Assembly: GCA_964448085.1 (NCBI GenBank)
Contig: CAYUUX010000007.1
Coordinates: forward strand, 1-38,760
Length of the DNA stretch: 38,760 bases
Direction: 5' to 3'
Origin: an uncultured Gammaproteobacteria bacterium
GTDB taxonomy: Bacteria > Patescibacteriota > Microgenomatia > UBA10105 > UBA927
A program made the translations under genes and the position numbers. Of this stretch, positions 7,922 through 16,371 are shown in pieces. Each line of letters starts with the position of its first letter. Positions within the stretch are counted from its first letter, which is position 1. Below the pieces are notes generated by a model. It saw nothing but the letters and a program-made list of their open reading frames with translations. It made no database searches and was not told the DNA's origin.

Positions 7922-10222
7922 GTGAATACACTGAGAAGAATTGTTATTCCAATTGTTCTAGTTATTCTTGCCTCTATTTATATTTATCCTATTTTTACCG
8001 GGTTAATTCTGCTTCCATTGGATTTATTGGTCAGTCATTCAAATCCATGGCTATATGCCAATACGATCCTTCTGAAGAATGCCTATATGACAGATAGTAT
8101 TTCCCAGATGTTTCCATGGAAGCATCTGACATTCACGTCACTCCTTTCCGGCACAATTCCATTGTGGAATCCATATCAATTCATGGGAATTCCGTTCATG
8201 GCTGGTATGAAATCATTGGTATTTTATCCCACAAATATTCTGTTTTTTTTTGGTGAGCAAAATGCATGGAATATTCATCTCTGGCTCCAGTTATTTTTAA
8301 GCCTGTGGTTTTCCTATCTTTTTATGCAGTCATTAGGTGTCAAGAAGCTGATGAGTTTTCTGACCGCAATTGCATTCGCATTTAGTTCGCTCATGATTGG
8401 CGTCCTGGAATTTGGTTCTGAAGGGCATGTCCTGTTATGGCTGCCGCTCCTCTTATTTTTCGTGAAACGGTACATTGATACGAAAAAGGTCATATATGTT
8501 GTTGGATTGTCGCTTGCTTCTGCGGCAGCACTGTTTGCGGGACAACTGCAGTATTTTGGATACATGTGCTTCGTCGTTGTCGCGTTTTCCTGGTTTGAAG
8601 CAAAAAAGACAACAACATGGTGGAAAATAGTAGGAGTAATACTTCTCGGTATTTTTCTCGGATCAGGTATTGCCGCTATTCAACTGATTCCTGGTATTGA
8701 ACTGTTTTACCATTCGTATCGGGGTCTAGGTGGCGGATATAGCACATTTACGAACGGTTTGTTGAAGCCATATTCGTTATTACGGTTAATTTCACCAGAC
8801 TGGTTCGGACACCCATTGACGCAGGATTTGCGGGGAGGGTATATCGAGAGTTCGGGATATTTTGGTTTGTTGCCGTTGTTCTTTGCATCATTTTCCCTTG
8901 GGTATTGGAAAAAACCGTATATCCGATTTTTTGCATGCTTGGGATTGTTTGCTGCATTGTTTTCCATGGATAGGCTTGCACAGATGTTTGCAGTACTTCG
9001 TATCCCGATTATCACCAGTGGATACGGCGGCCGGTTATTTTCGGTTACATTATTTTCCGGCGCTGTGTTATCCGCACTTGGTCTTCAAGAATTCATAGGT
9101 GAAAAAAACAATAAGAAGAAAATAATAGCTGTTGGAGGCTTCGCAGCGATCGTGGGGTTGTGCATACTTCTTGGAATTGTTGGAAACAAGTGGAACGCAC
9201 CATATCGACTATCAGTAGGGAATGTAAAAATGCAACTGATGATCCTTGCTGCATTTGTCGGATTGGTCGCCGGATATATTTTTATGGTTCGTAAATGGAA
9301 ATATACTGCGATTCTTTTTTGTATCGCCGTTATCGGACTGACCTACGTGGATGTTTTTCGGATGGGATACCGATTTTTGACGTTTTCCAATCCGAAATTT
9401 TTGTATCCGGAACTTCCTGTTGTTTCATTTGTCCGTTCAACCACGGCATCGACATTGGGTCGTGTTTATGGGATTACGGAGCCAGAAATTCAAAGTGTTT
9501 TTCGTGTTGAAAGTCCGGAAACGTATAATCCTCTATATCCGATTCGAACTGCCCGTTTGATGCAGGCACTTGAAGATAAGGTTAATACGCAACTTCCAGA
9601 AAATAAATATTATCTTGCACAGAACGAGCGCATGAAATATGTGATGGACTTCTTGGGTGTTTCTGTTTTGGTACCCGGTAAAGGAAAGAACGCAGCAATC
9701 GAATATTGGCACAACGCAGAATTGCAAAACGATATTAAAAAAATTTACGAGGATGAAAAAAGTGACGTATATGAAAACTCTACAGCATATCCGAGATTTG
9801 GCCTTTTTTATTCAGTGAAAACTGGGATATCGGACGAAGACGCATTGTCGATGATTAGGGAGAAGCGTGAAGATTTCAAGAAAACCGTTTTGATACGGGA
9901 ATCAATAGCATGGAATATAACGGAAGGAACGGGTTCTGCGACGCTAAAGCAAAATTCGCTAAACGAACTTACATTCCATGTAGAAACGGATAAACCCGCA
10001 GTATTGTATTTATCAGATACATATTTCCCAGGGTGGCATGTATCGATAGATGGAAGAGAAATGCCGATGTTGCATGCTAATTATAATTTCCGAGGCGTCA
10101 TCGTTCCAAAAGGGGTGACTACAGTAAAATTTTGGTATTTACCGATGAGTGTGATTGTCGGTGCGATTATAAGTATTTTATCGTTATTAGTGGCAATCAT
10201 GTTTATGTTTCGAAAAAGATAA
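7922..10222 (+). CDS. YfhO-family GT-C membrane glycosyltransferase (766 aa, GTG start)
   Basis: 'LPLDLLV...YMTDSISQMFPWK...IPLWNPYQFMG.PF', many TMs, C-terminal 'SDTYFPGW.V.IDG...ANYNFRGV.VP.G' domain plus a final TM. Confidence 0.85.
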   Translation: MNTLRRIVIPIVLVILASIYIYPIFTGLILLPLDLLVSHSNPWLYANTILLKNAYMTDSISQMFPWKHLTFTSLLSGTIPLWNPYQFMGIPFMAGMKSLVFYPTNILFFFGEQNAWNIHLWLQLFLSLWFSYLFMQSLGVKKLMSFLTAIAFAFSSLMIGVLEFGSEGHVLLWLPLLLFFVKRYIDTKKVIYVVGLSLASAAALFAGQLQYFGYMCFVVVAFSWFEAKKTTTWWKIVGVILLGIFLGSGIAAIQLIPGIELFYHSYRGLGGGYSTFTNGLLKPYSLLRLISPDWFGHPLTQDLRGGYIESSGYFGLLPLFFASFSLGYWKKPYIRFFACLGLFAALFSMDRLAQMFAVLRIPIITSGYGGRLFSVTLFSGAVLSALGLQEFIGEKNNKKKIIAVGGFAAIVGLCILLGIVGNKWNAPYRLSVGNVKMQLMILAAFVGLVAGYIFMVRKWKYTAILFCIAVIGLTYVDVFRMGYRFLTFSNPKFLYPELPVVSFVRSTTASTLGRVYGITEPEIQSVFRVESPETYNPLYPIRTARLMQALEDKVNTQLPENKYYLAQNERMKYVMDFLGVSVLVPGKGKNAAIEYWHNAELQNDIKKIYEDEKSDVYENSTAYPRFGLFYSVKTGISDEDALSMIREKREDFKKTVLIRESIAWNITEGTGSATLKQNSLNELTFHVETDKPAVLYLSDTYFPGWHVSIDGREMPMLHANYNFRGVIVPKGVTTVKFWYLPMSVIVGAIISILSLLVAIMFMFRKR

Positions 10223-12640
10223 TTATTTTTTTTTCGCAATTATACGCAAAGAAATATAACTAATACAAAGTAATCCCGTCGCAATACTTATAATAAGACC
10301 AAAAACAAAACTGTTTGGCAGATATCGAAATATGACGGTTGACGATCCTGCCGGAACAACGATGCCCCGAAATGCATAGTTAGATTGATAGAGTGGTGTT
10401 GGTTTTCCGTTGATCGTCACATTCCAGCCTTTATCGTACGTATCACTTAAAAATAAAAATGTCGGATATGCCGTATGAACCGAAAATTCAATTTCATTTG
10501 GTGTGTATCGAATGAGACGGACTGTATCGGTTTCCGATAATTTCAGTTGTGTTGATAGTTCAAGGTTCTTATTAAGGAGTACGGTTTTGCCTGGTATGAA
10601 TTTGTCACTGAAGAATTGGCTCTCAAATTCTTCAGGTGAATTGTAATATGTAATATCATCCGTGAGATAGAAACGGGGTGCTGAAAGTTTGTTTTCATAG
10701 ACTGTCCAGTCGTATTCGTGCCAAATTGGTGTGAACCTTGATGTTGGAAATGTCCCGTCGTCCTTCGGATTTTCGGTTCGGTCGATGACGTATCTGACAC
10801 CCAAAACATCCATCACCCGTAAACGTGACGTATTTGAAGGGAGATCCTTTTCGCCGTATCCAGGTGCTAGAAAGGCATCGGATCGAGTTTTTCTGGTAAA
10901 CACTTTTGCGATGTTTCCATCTGAACTCGACTGAATAAACTCGTTATACCATCGGAGATTTAACGGGTCAGTTCCATCCGAAGAATAGACAAATTCTTGT
11001 GTTGCGAAATTTGCCTCTACTGAGGAGGTTCCATATCCCCAAAATCGATCAATACCACCGATTTTTTTTAGAAAGATGAAGATGGGATTTGTTGGGAAAA
11101 TGAACGATGGGGGAACGAACGGATTGAACTTATGAAATGAGAAAAGAAGCTCAGCGATACAAATTGGGAGGAGCAAAAGATAGACATGTTTCGATATTTT
11201 TGGTGCGACCATTATGACTCCTGCGTATGAGATAAACAAAATACTCGCTAAAGAAAGAGCCCGTTTCATCGTAACAAAATGTGTAGGAGTAAAATGGAAA
11301 AAGAACGTCGTTGGATGAAGAAGGACGAAAGCCCAAAGTAGTGTAAAAAGAGCGGCAACAATAGCGATTGGTCGAATTAAAATTTGTTTTTGCTCTCGTA
11401 GACGATCGAAACCCAATCCCGCAAGAATTGCCATAGCAAACATGAGAAGAAACAAAATTCGTGTTGGTGAACCGGTTGATAAGATTGGAATAGGATAGCG
11501 ATAAAGAATTGCTGTAATCGGTGAGGCGACAGAAATAAGGAGCATAACCCCCGCAGTAATCGCAAAAAAGATTCTGTACCAGTTTTTTGCTCTTTTTGAT
11601 AGTGCTACAACTGAAAGCGAAAACCCGATAACACCGACGGAGCACGCCTTAATGACATAATCACCAGTGATACTACTTTTTGTTGCCGGATTGCCGAAAA
11701 AATCTTGGATAAGCACCATCGGAAGTTGCCACCACTGTATAAGCATTCCGGTAAGTATCTGTTGGTAGTCATGTGGAACACGTGCAGAATGGGAAAATAA
11801 TTCGATGGTCGGTAGTAGTTGGGGAAGTGCGAGAAGAAAAGGAATAACAATAACAGGCAGTAGGTTGGCTATAAAAAAGTATAATTTATCCTTATTGGGA
11901 AGTTTCGTTTCACTTAATATTCTGATAACTGCATATATGGTAAAAAATAGAAATACGTTGATGAAATCTTGCGGATGACCAGCTGTTATGGAAGAAAATA
12001 AGGCAAATACAAAAAGAAATTTTTGCCAGTTTGACATCTTATTTTTACGGATGCTTCGTTCAACAAGGAACAAAAGAAGCGGTAGCCAAAGAATCGTATG
12101 CCACACAGTCGTAAATTCCATCCATACATTGGCAAATGATGAGAAATTAAAAATGATCGCTACAAGAAATGCTGCGCCGATTGATAATCCTATCTCTGTT
12201 GCAAACAACAATGTAAATATGCACCCTAATATCGGCTGGATAATGACAAGGATGGTCCACGTGATAGATTGGGGAAAAAGAAAATATAGGAAACTCAACG
12301 GATAAAACGCTTGCGATTGATAGTTTGCCAGAAGCGGTGTACCGGAAAAATTATAAGGATTCCATAAAGGGAATGTATGTTGTTTAAGTTCATTAATAAC
12401 GAGGGTTCTCCAGGGATACAGTTCACGGATGACATCAAAATATTGGTCCTTTGAAGGTATGGCACCGGCAACATAACCATTATAAGAAGTATGCCTCCAT
12501 GGTCCATATCCTGAAAGGAGGAGGTCTCCTGGAAATGGGATCAGTCCGCGAAGAAAAGTTTTATAAAAGAAGAGACAACAGGCGAAAGTGAGCGCTATTA
12601 TAGCAAAAAGAACGTACTTTTTTCCTTTTGGGTTTGCCAT
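10223..12640 (-). CDS. YfhO-family GT-C membrane glycosyltransferase (805 aa)
   Basis: ATG 12640 preferred over TTG 12646. 'PFPGDLLL...YFDVIRELYPWR...PLWNPYNFSGTPLLANYQ', C-terminal 'SDTYDKGW...NG...SNYAFRGI.VP.G' domain plus a final TM. Confidence 0.85.
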   Translation of the reverse strand: MANPKGKKYVLFAIIALTFACCLFFYKTFLRGLIPFPGDLLLSGYGPWRHTSYNGYVAGAIPSKDQYFDVIRELYPWRTLVINELKQHTFPLWNPYNFSGTPLLANYQSQAFYPLSFLYFLFPQSITWTILVIIQPILGCIFTLLFATEIGLSIGAAFLVAIIFNFSSFANVWMEFTTVWHTILWLPLLLFLVERSIRKNKMSNWQKFLFVFALFSSITAGHPQDFINVFLFFTIYAVIRILSETKLPNKDKLYFFIANLLPVIVIPFLLALPQLLPTIELFSHSARVPHDYQQILTGMLIQWWQLPMVLIQDFFGNPATKSSITGDYVIKACSVGVIGFSLSVVALSKRAKNWYRIFFAITAGVMLLISVASPITAILYRYPIPILSTGSPTRILFLLMFAMAILAGLGFDRLREQKQILIRPIAIVAALFTLLWAFVLLHPTTFFFHFTPTHFVTMKRALSLASILFISYAGVIMVAPKISKHVYLLLLPICIAELLFSFHKFNPFVPPSFIFPTNPIFIFLKKIGGIDRFWGYGTSSVEANFATQEFVYSSDGTDPLNLRWYNEFIQSSSDGNIAKVFTRKTRSDAFLAPGYGEKDLPSNTSRLRVMDVLGVRYVIDRTENPKDDGTFPTSRFTPIWHEYDWTVYENKLSAPRFYLTDDITYYNSPEEFESQFFSDKFIPGKTVLLNKNLELSTQLKLSETDTVRLIRYTPNEIEFSVHTAYPTFLFLSDTYDKGWNVTINGKPTPLYQSNYAFRGIVVPAGSSTVIFRYLPNSFVFGLIISIATGLLCISYISLRIIAKKK

Positions 12641-12661
12641 ACGCAACCTATGAATATGCTT

Positions 12662-12670
12662 ATTATATCA
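12662..12670 (-). promoter_or_regulatory. Consensus extended -10 promoter TGATATAAT for 12640->10223
   Basis: Minus strand TGA-TATAAT, 21 nt upstream of ATG 12640. The short leader carries AGGT 5 nt before the ATG. Confidence 0.7.
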
Positions 12671-12686
12671 GTGGAGGCGTACATTT

Positions 12687-12695
12687 TGATATACT
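12687..12695 (+). promoter_or_regulatory. Extended -10 promoter TGATATACT, probably leaderless, for the gene at 12703 and possibly the downstream operon
   Basis: TGA-TATACT followed by exactly 7 nt and then ATG 12703. Confidence 0.65.
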
Positions 12696-12702
12696 TGTTG
12701 TG

Positions 12703-14685
12703 ATGGCGTTTTTATTCATTCGTGATTTACTATTTTCGTTTGCGACGACAACGTTGTTGTTTGGGATTCCTGGACTCGTAATTATTAGCTGGACGAAGAT
12801 TAAAACCTCTTTCATTGAAAAGTGTTCCCTTTCATATGCAGTCGGAATGATAATCATGACCTGGTTGTGGTATGTTCTTTCCTGGTTGAATCTCCGTTTG
12901 CTGCTACCGTTTGTCCTCATGGCGTTTTTAATTTGCTTCTATTTGAAACGACAAACCATAGTAAAAAATAGTGAATCAAACGATATTCCAAAGTGGATGA
13001 TTGGAATTCTTATCTGCATGGCTGCAGTATTTTTTATTCCCTATATGGCAAGCGGTGACTTCGGTTCGTTTTTAAGTCTTGTTCAGGTGCATTATCAAGA
13101 TAGTCCGCTTCATGTTTCCATGATTAATGAATTGGTTAAACAATTCCCACCGATTGATCCGGGGTTTTCGGGAAATTATCTCCGTAATTACCACTTTTTA
13201 TATAACCTTACCGCATCAATGGTTGTTTGGATTTTTCATCTGACATCCTTAACAGTTCATTTTCGGACAATGCCGCTCTTGTTTGCATTTCTTTGGCCGT
13301 TTTTGACATTTATTTTGGCAAAACGATTATTTAAGAATATATTCCCTTCTGCTCTTACTACGTTTTTGGTTATGTTCGGTGCGAGTTTTACACCGTTTAT
13401 TGTCTGGATATATCACATACAGCTTAATTTCAACAGCGGTATGGGTATCTTGCAGCCGTCAGGCTCGCTTCTGAATCCACCATTTGCATCATCCGTTGTT
13501 GTATTGCTGACCTCGTTGTATTTTCTGGTTCGTTTTGAACAAACTAAGAATGAACGGTTGTTGTTTCTTTTGCCGTTTTTCTTCGGAATGGCAGTGTCGT
13601 ATAAGATCTACGCAGGCATTGTGGGACTCGCCGGATTTGGGATATATACATTGCTTCGATTAAAACGCCATACGTGGAAAATTGCCGTTTCAGGTCTTGC
13701 GGCTGTCGGAATTGCATTATCCGTTTATTGGCCGTTTACGGGGTCGTCCGGTTTTTTGGTTTGGGCGCCATTATGGGTAATTCATGAAATCGCTCGCGCG
13801 TCACTTCCATTTATAAGATACGATAACGCAATCGCGGAATATGCAAAACTATTCGATCCAACCAGGACAATAGTATTGGAGGTGAAACTGCTCCTCTATT
13901 ATATTGTTGGTAATTTCGGACTTCGGATACTTGGGTTTGTTGGATTAGTTTCATGGTGGAAGGGGGAACGGGTCAGTAGAATTATTATCATCCTGTTTTT
14001 CATCATGTTTCTCGTGGCATTTTTTATTCCGCTTCTTTTTATGCAGTCCTTAAAACCATACGAAATTTGTCAAATGTTTAATTATGCCCTTTTAGTGCTT
14101 GCATTTCCTACCGGATATTTCATTGCGCGAACAGCGAATAGCCGTTCACGGCTTCTAACGTGGATTATTGTGTGTTTAGTTGTTGGATTTTCCATTCCCG
14201 AGTTTGTAAAAGCCGACTATCCGCAATATATTGTCGCTCCATCAAAAACTGTTTCGAGTCAGGAGTATTTGTTTATGAAGCGTATACGTTCTGAACGACA
14301 AAAATATGACAGCATCATGGTGCTTCCAGGGAGCGATACACATGAAGATATGATGGGGCAATGGTTTCGATATCATACCAATTTAATCCTTCCCGCGATG
14401 ACAGATACGCGATCGTTTTTAGGTTTTACGAATTTGATTTACTCTGAAGATGACGTTACGAAGCGGGGACAGCTTCTCAAAAAAATCGTTGACCTGAATG
14501 CTGCACTGATGATAACACCTTCAAAAGATATTGTTCAAACAGCACAATTATCTTTGGATGAAGTAAGAACGTATCATATCCGATATATCGTCAGTCCGGA
14601 ACCTCTTGTGGGGCTACAGGAACAGAATCTTATATCGTTTTATGGTAGTACCGAGACCACCTATATATATGTAGTTAGGGAATAA
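12703..14685 (+). CDS. Multi-pass membrane protein with GT-C-like architecture, unassigned subfamily (660 aa)
   Basis: Start re-called at ATG 12703, because the track's 12628 start overlaps the divergent gene and promoters. Three N-terminal TMs, loop 'HYQDSPLHVSMINEL..QFPP.DP.FSG..L.NYHFLY', more TMs, and a soluble C-terminus 'ILPAMTD.RSFLG...YHIRYIV'. Confidence 0.65.
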   Translation: MAFLFIRDLLFSFATTTLLFGIPGLVIISWTKIKTSFIEKCSLSYAVGMIIMTWLWYVLSWLNLRLLLPFVLMAFLICFYLKRQTIVKNSESNDIPKWMIGILICMAAVFFIPYMASGDFGSFLSLVQVHYQDSPLHVSMINELVKQFPPIDPGFSGNYLRNYHFLYNLTASMVVWIFHLTSLTVHFRTMPLLFAFLWPFLTFILAKRLFKNIFPSALTTFLVMFGASFTPFIVWIYHIQLNFNSGMGILQPSGSLLNPPFASSVVVLLTSLYFLVRFEQTKNERLLFLLPFFFGMAVSYKIYAGIVGLAGFGIYTLLRLKRHTWKIAVSGLAAVGIALSVYWPFTGSSGFLVWAPLWVIHEIARASLPFIRYDNAIAEYAKLFDPTRTIVLEVKLLLYYIVGNFGLRILGFVGLVSWWKGERVSRIIIILFFIMFLVAFFIPLLFMQSLKPYEICQMFNYALLVLAFPTGYFIARTANSRSRLLTWIIVCLVVGFSIPEFVKADYPQYIVAPSKTVSSQEYLFMKRIRSERQKYDSIMVLPGSDTHEDMMGQWFRYHTNLILPAMTDTRSFLGFTNLIYSEDDVTKRGQLLKKIVDLNAALMITPSKDIVQTAQLSLDEVRTYHIRYIVSPEPLVGLQEQNLISFYGSTETTYIYVVRE

Positions 14686-14730
14686 AAAGCGGAAGAGTAT
14701 GCATTGTAAAATAATTATACGGACGGAATC

Positions 14731-16371
14731 ATGAAACGATTTTGGCTAGTATCCATCGTCATTTTAGCATTGTTGCTTCGTACAATTGCCATACAAAATA
14801 ATCCTCCTTCGTTGTCATGGGATGAAGTTTCGATTGGATATAACGCATTCAGTATCTTGAAAACCGGTCGTGATGAACACGGTCGATTTCTCCCCGTTGA
14901 TACATTTGTTGCGTATGGCGACTATAAACCGCCGCTGGCAATTTATGCAACCGTTCCATTTGTTGCACTATTGGGGTTAAATGAATTATCAGTCAGGTTG
15001 CCATCAGCCATCGCAGGTACATTGACTGTTCTTCTCACATTTTTTCTGGTTGTGGAATTCACCAGAAGAAAACAATTTAGTTCATGGATTGGGGAATATT
15101 TACCGTTTGTTACATCTGCTGTCCTTGCTGTTTCTCCTTGGCATATCAATCTTTCACGCGTCGGGTTTGAAGCAAACATAGCGCTTTTTCTTGTCACGTT
15201 GGGCACATGGATGATACTGCGCGCTTGTCATCAGCCAAAAATATGGTATTGGGTTTGGATACCGTATGTCTTGTCCATATATACATTCAATAGTTCCAGG
15301 TACTTTGTTGTTTTTTTTGGATTTGGTATGGTGCTTTATTGTTTTCAGGAAATGAAAAAAGAGTGGAAAAGGATGCTAACAGGCGTTGTTATCGTGGGAA
15401 TATGTTTGCTTCCCATTTTGCCGCATTTGATATCGAAGGAAGCAAGACTTCGGTTCGTGGAAGTGAATATTTTTACGGATGCGAGTGTGGTTACAACATC
15501 CAATGAAAGGATCACCCGTGAAGGAAATTCGATGATCGGAAAATTGCTGAATAACAGACGGGTAGGGTACGCAAGGAGTTACCTCATCCATTTTTTTGAT
15601 AACCTGCAGCCCGATTTCCTTTTTGTAAGCGGTGACGGAAATCCGAAATTTTCAATACGGGATGTTGGACAATTGTATCTTATTGAAGCGCCGTTGTTTG
15701 TAATTGGTGTCGTTGCGGTTATGTTGGTTGATTGGAAAATCGGTATACTACTTCTCTATTGGATTATTGCTTCTATCATTCCAGCAGCAACAGCCAGAGA
15801 GACGCCACATGCGTTACGTATTTTGAACTCATTACCCACCTGGCAGCTTTTCATTGCATTTGGTATATTGACGATTTTGGCACGACTGCGGAAAAACAAG
15901 TTATTACTACGAGCAGGGATTGGATTACTCTTTATTCTGTATGGATTAAGTATGACATACTACCTGCATAATTATTATCGCCACTATCCGATTGAGTTTT
16001 CGGGTGAATGGCAATACGGATATAAGGAGGCGATTGGTGCAGCACAACCTCTTATAAACCGATATGATCAGGTTGTTATGACGGAAAGTATCGGACGTCC
16101 GTATATGTATACCCTTTTCCATACAAAGACGGATCCAAATGAATTTTTTAGAACGAAAAGCGATTCATTTGATGCAGCTGGCTTTTATCATGTCTATGGA
16201 TTCGGTAAATATCGTTTTGGCGGAACCCTGCCAGATGTGCTTTCACCAAAGACGCTCTATATTTGGGATGCCGGAGCAGTTCCAATGGGTATGCATATTA
16301 TTAAAACGATTACGCTTATGAACGGACAACCGGTATTGGTATTGTTTGACACGAACGGAACAAGCGAATGA
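14731..16371 (+). CDS. GT-C glycosyltransferase, ArnT/GT83-like 'WDE...DYKPP' subgroup (546 aa)
   Basis: 'SLSWDEVSIGYNAFSILKTGRDEHG...YGDYKPPL', 'RLPSA', 'SPWHINLSRVGFEAN'. Tandem paralogue of the next gene. Confidence 0.85.
   Translation: MKRFWLVSIVILALLLRTIAIQNNPPSLSWDEVSIGYNAFSILKTGRDEHGRFLPVDTFVAYGDYKPPLAIYATVPFVALLGLNELSVRLPSAIAGTLTVLLTFFLVVEFTRRKQFSSWIGEYLPFVTSAVLAVSPWHINLSRVGFEANIALFLVTLGTWMILRACHQPKIWYWVWIPYVLSIYTFNSSRYFVVFFGFGMVLYCFQEMKKEWKRMLTGVVIVGICLLPILPHLISKEARLRFVEVNIFTDASVVTTSNERITREGNSMIGKLLNNRRVGYARSYLIHFFDNLQPDFLFVSGDGNPKFSIRDVGQLYLIEAPLFVIGVVAVMLVDWKIGILLLYWIIASIIPAATARETPHALRILNSLPTWQLFIAFGILTILARLRKNKLLLRAGIGLLFILYGLSMTYYLHNYYRHYPIEFSGEWQYGYKEAIGAAQPLINRYDQVVMTESIGRPYMYTLFHTKTDPNEFFRTKSDSFDAAGFYHVYGFGKYRFGGTLPDVLSPKTLYIWDAGAVPMGMHIIKTITLMNGQPVLVLFDTNGTSE

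Noticed and set aside
12628-12702. Track start of the 685-aa ORF
   Set aside because: It overlaps the divergent gene start and both promoter boxes; ATG 12703 fits a leaderless start.
4673-12702. Idea that the minus-strand blocks (4675-7855, 10223-12640) are recombinase-invertible phase-variation segments
   Set aside because: I found no inverted repeats at the block ends, there is no space for them at the 0-2 nt convergent junctions, and no recombinase is in the window. A formal einverted search would settle it.
14686-14730. Internal promoter (TAAAAT at 14707-14712) or terminator in the 45-nt gap
   Set aside because: There is no TGn extension or clear -35, and no stem-loop with U-tract. An internal promoter is possible but unsupported, so it is not listed as a feature.
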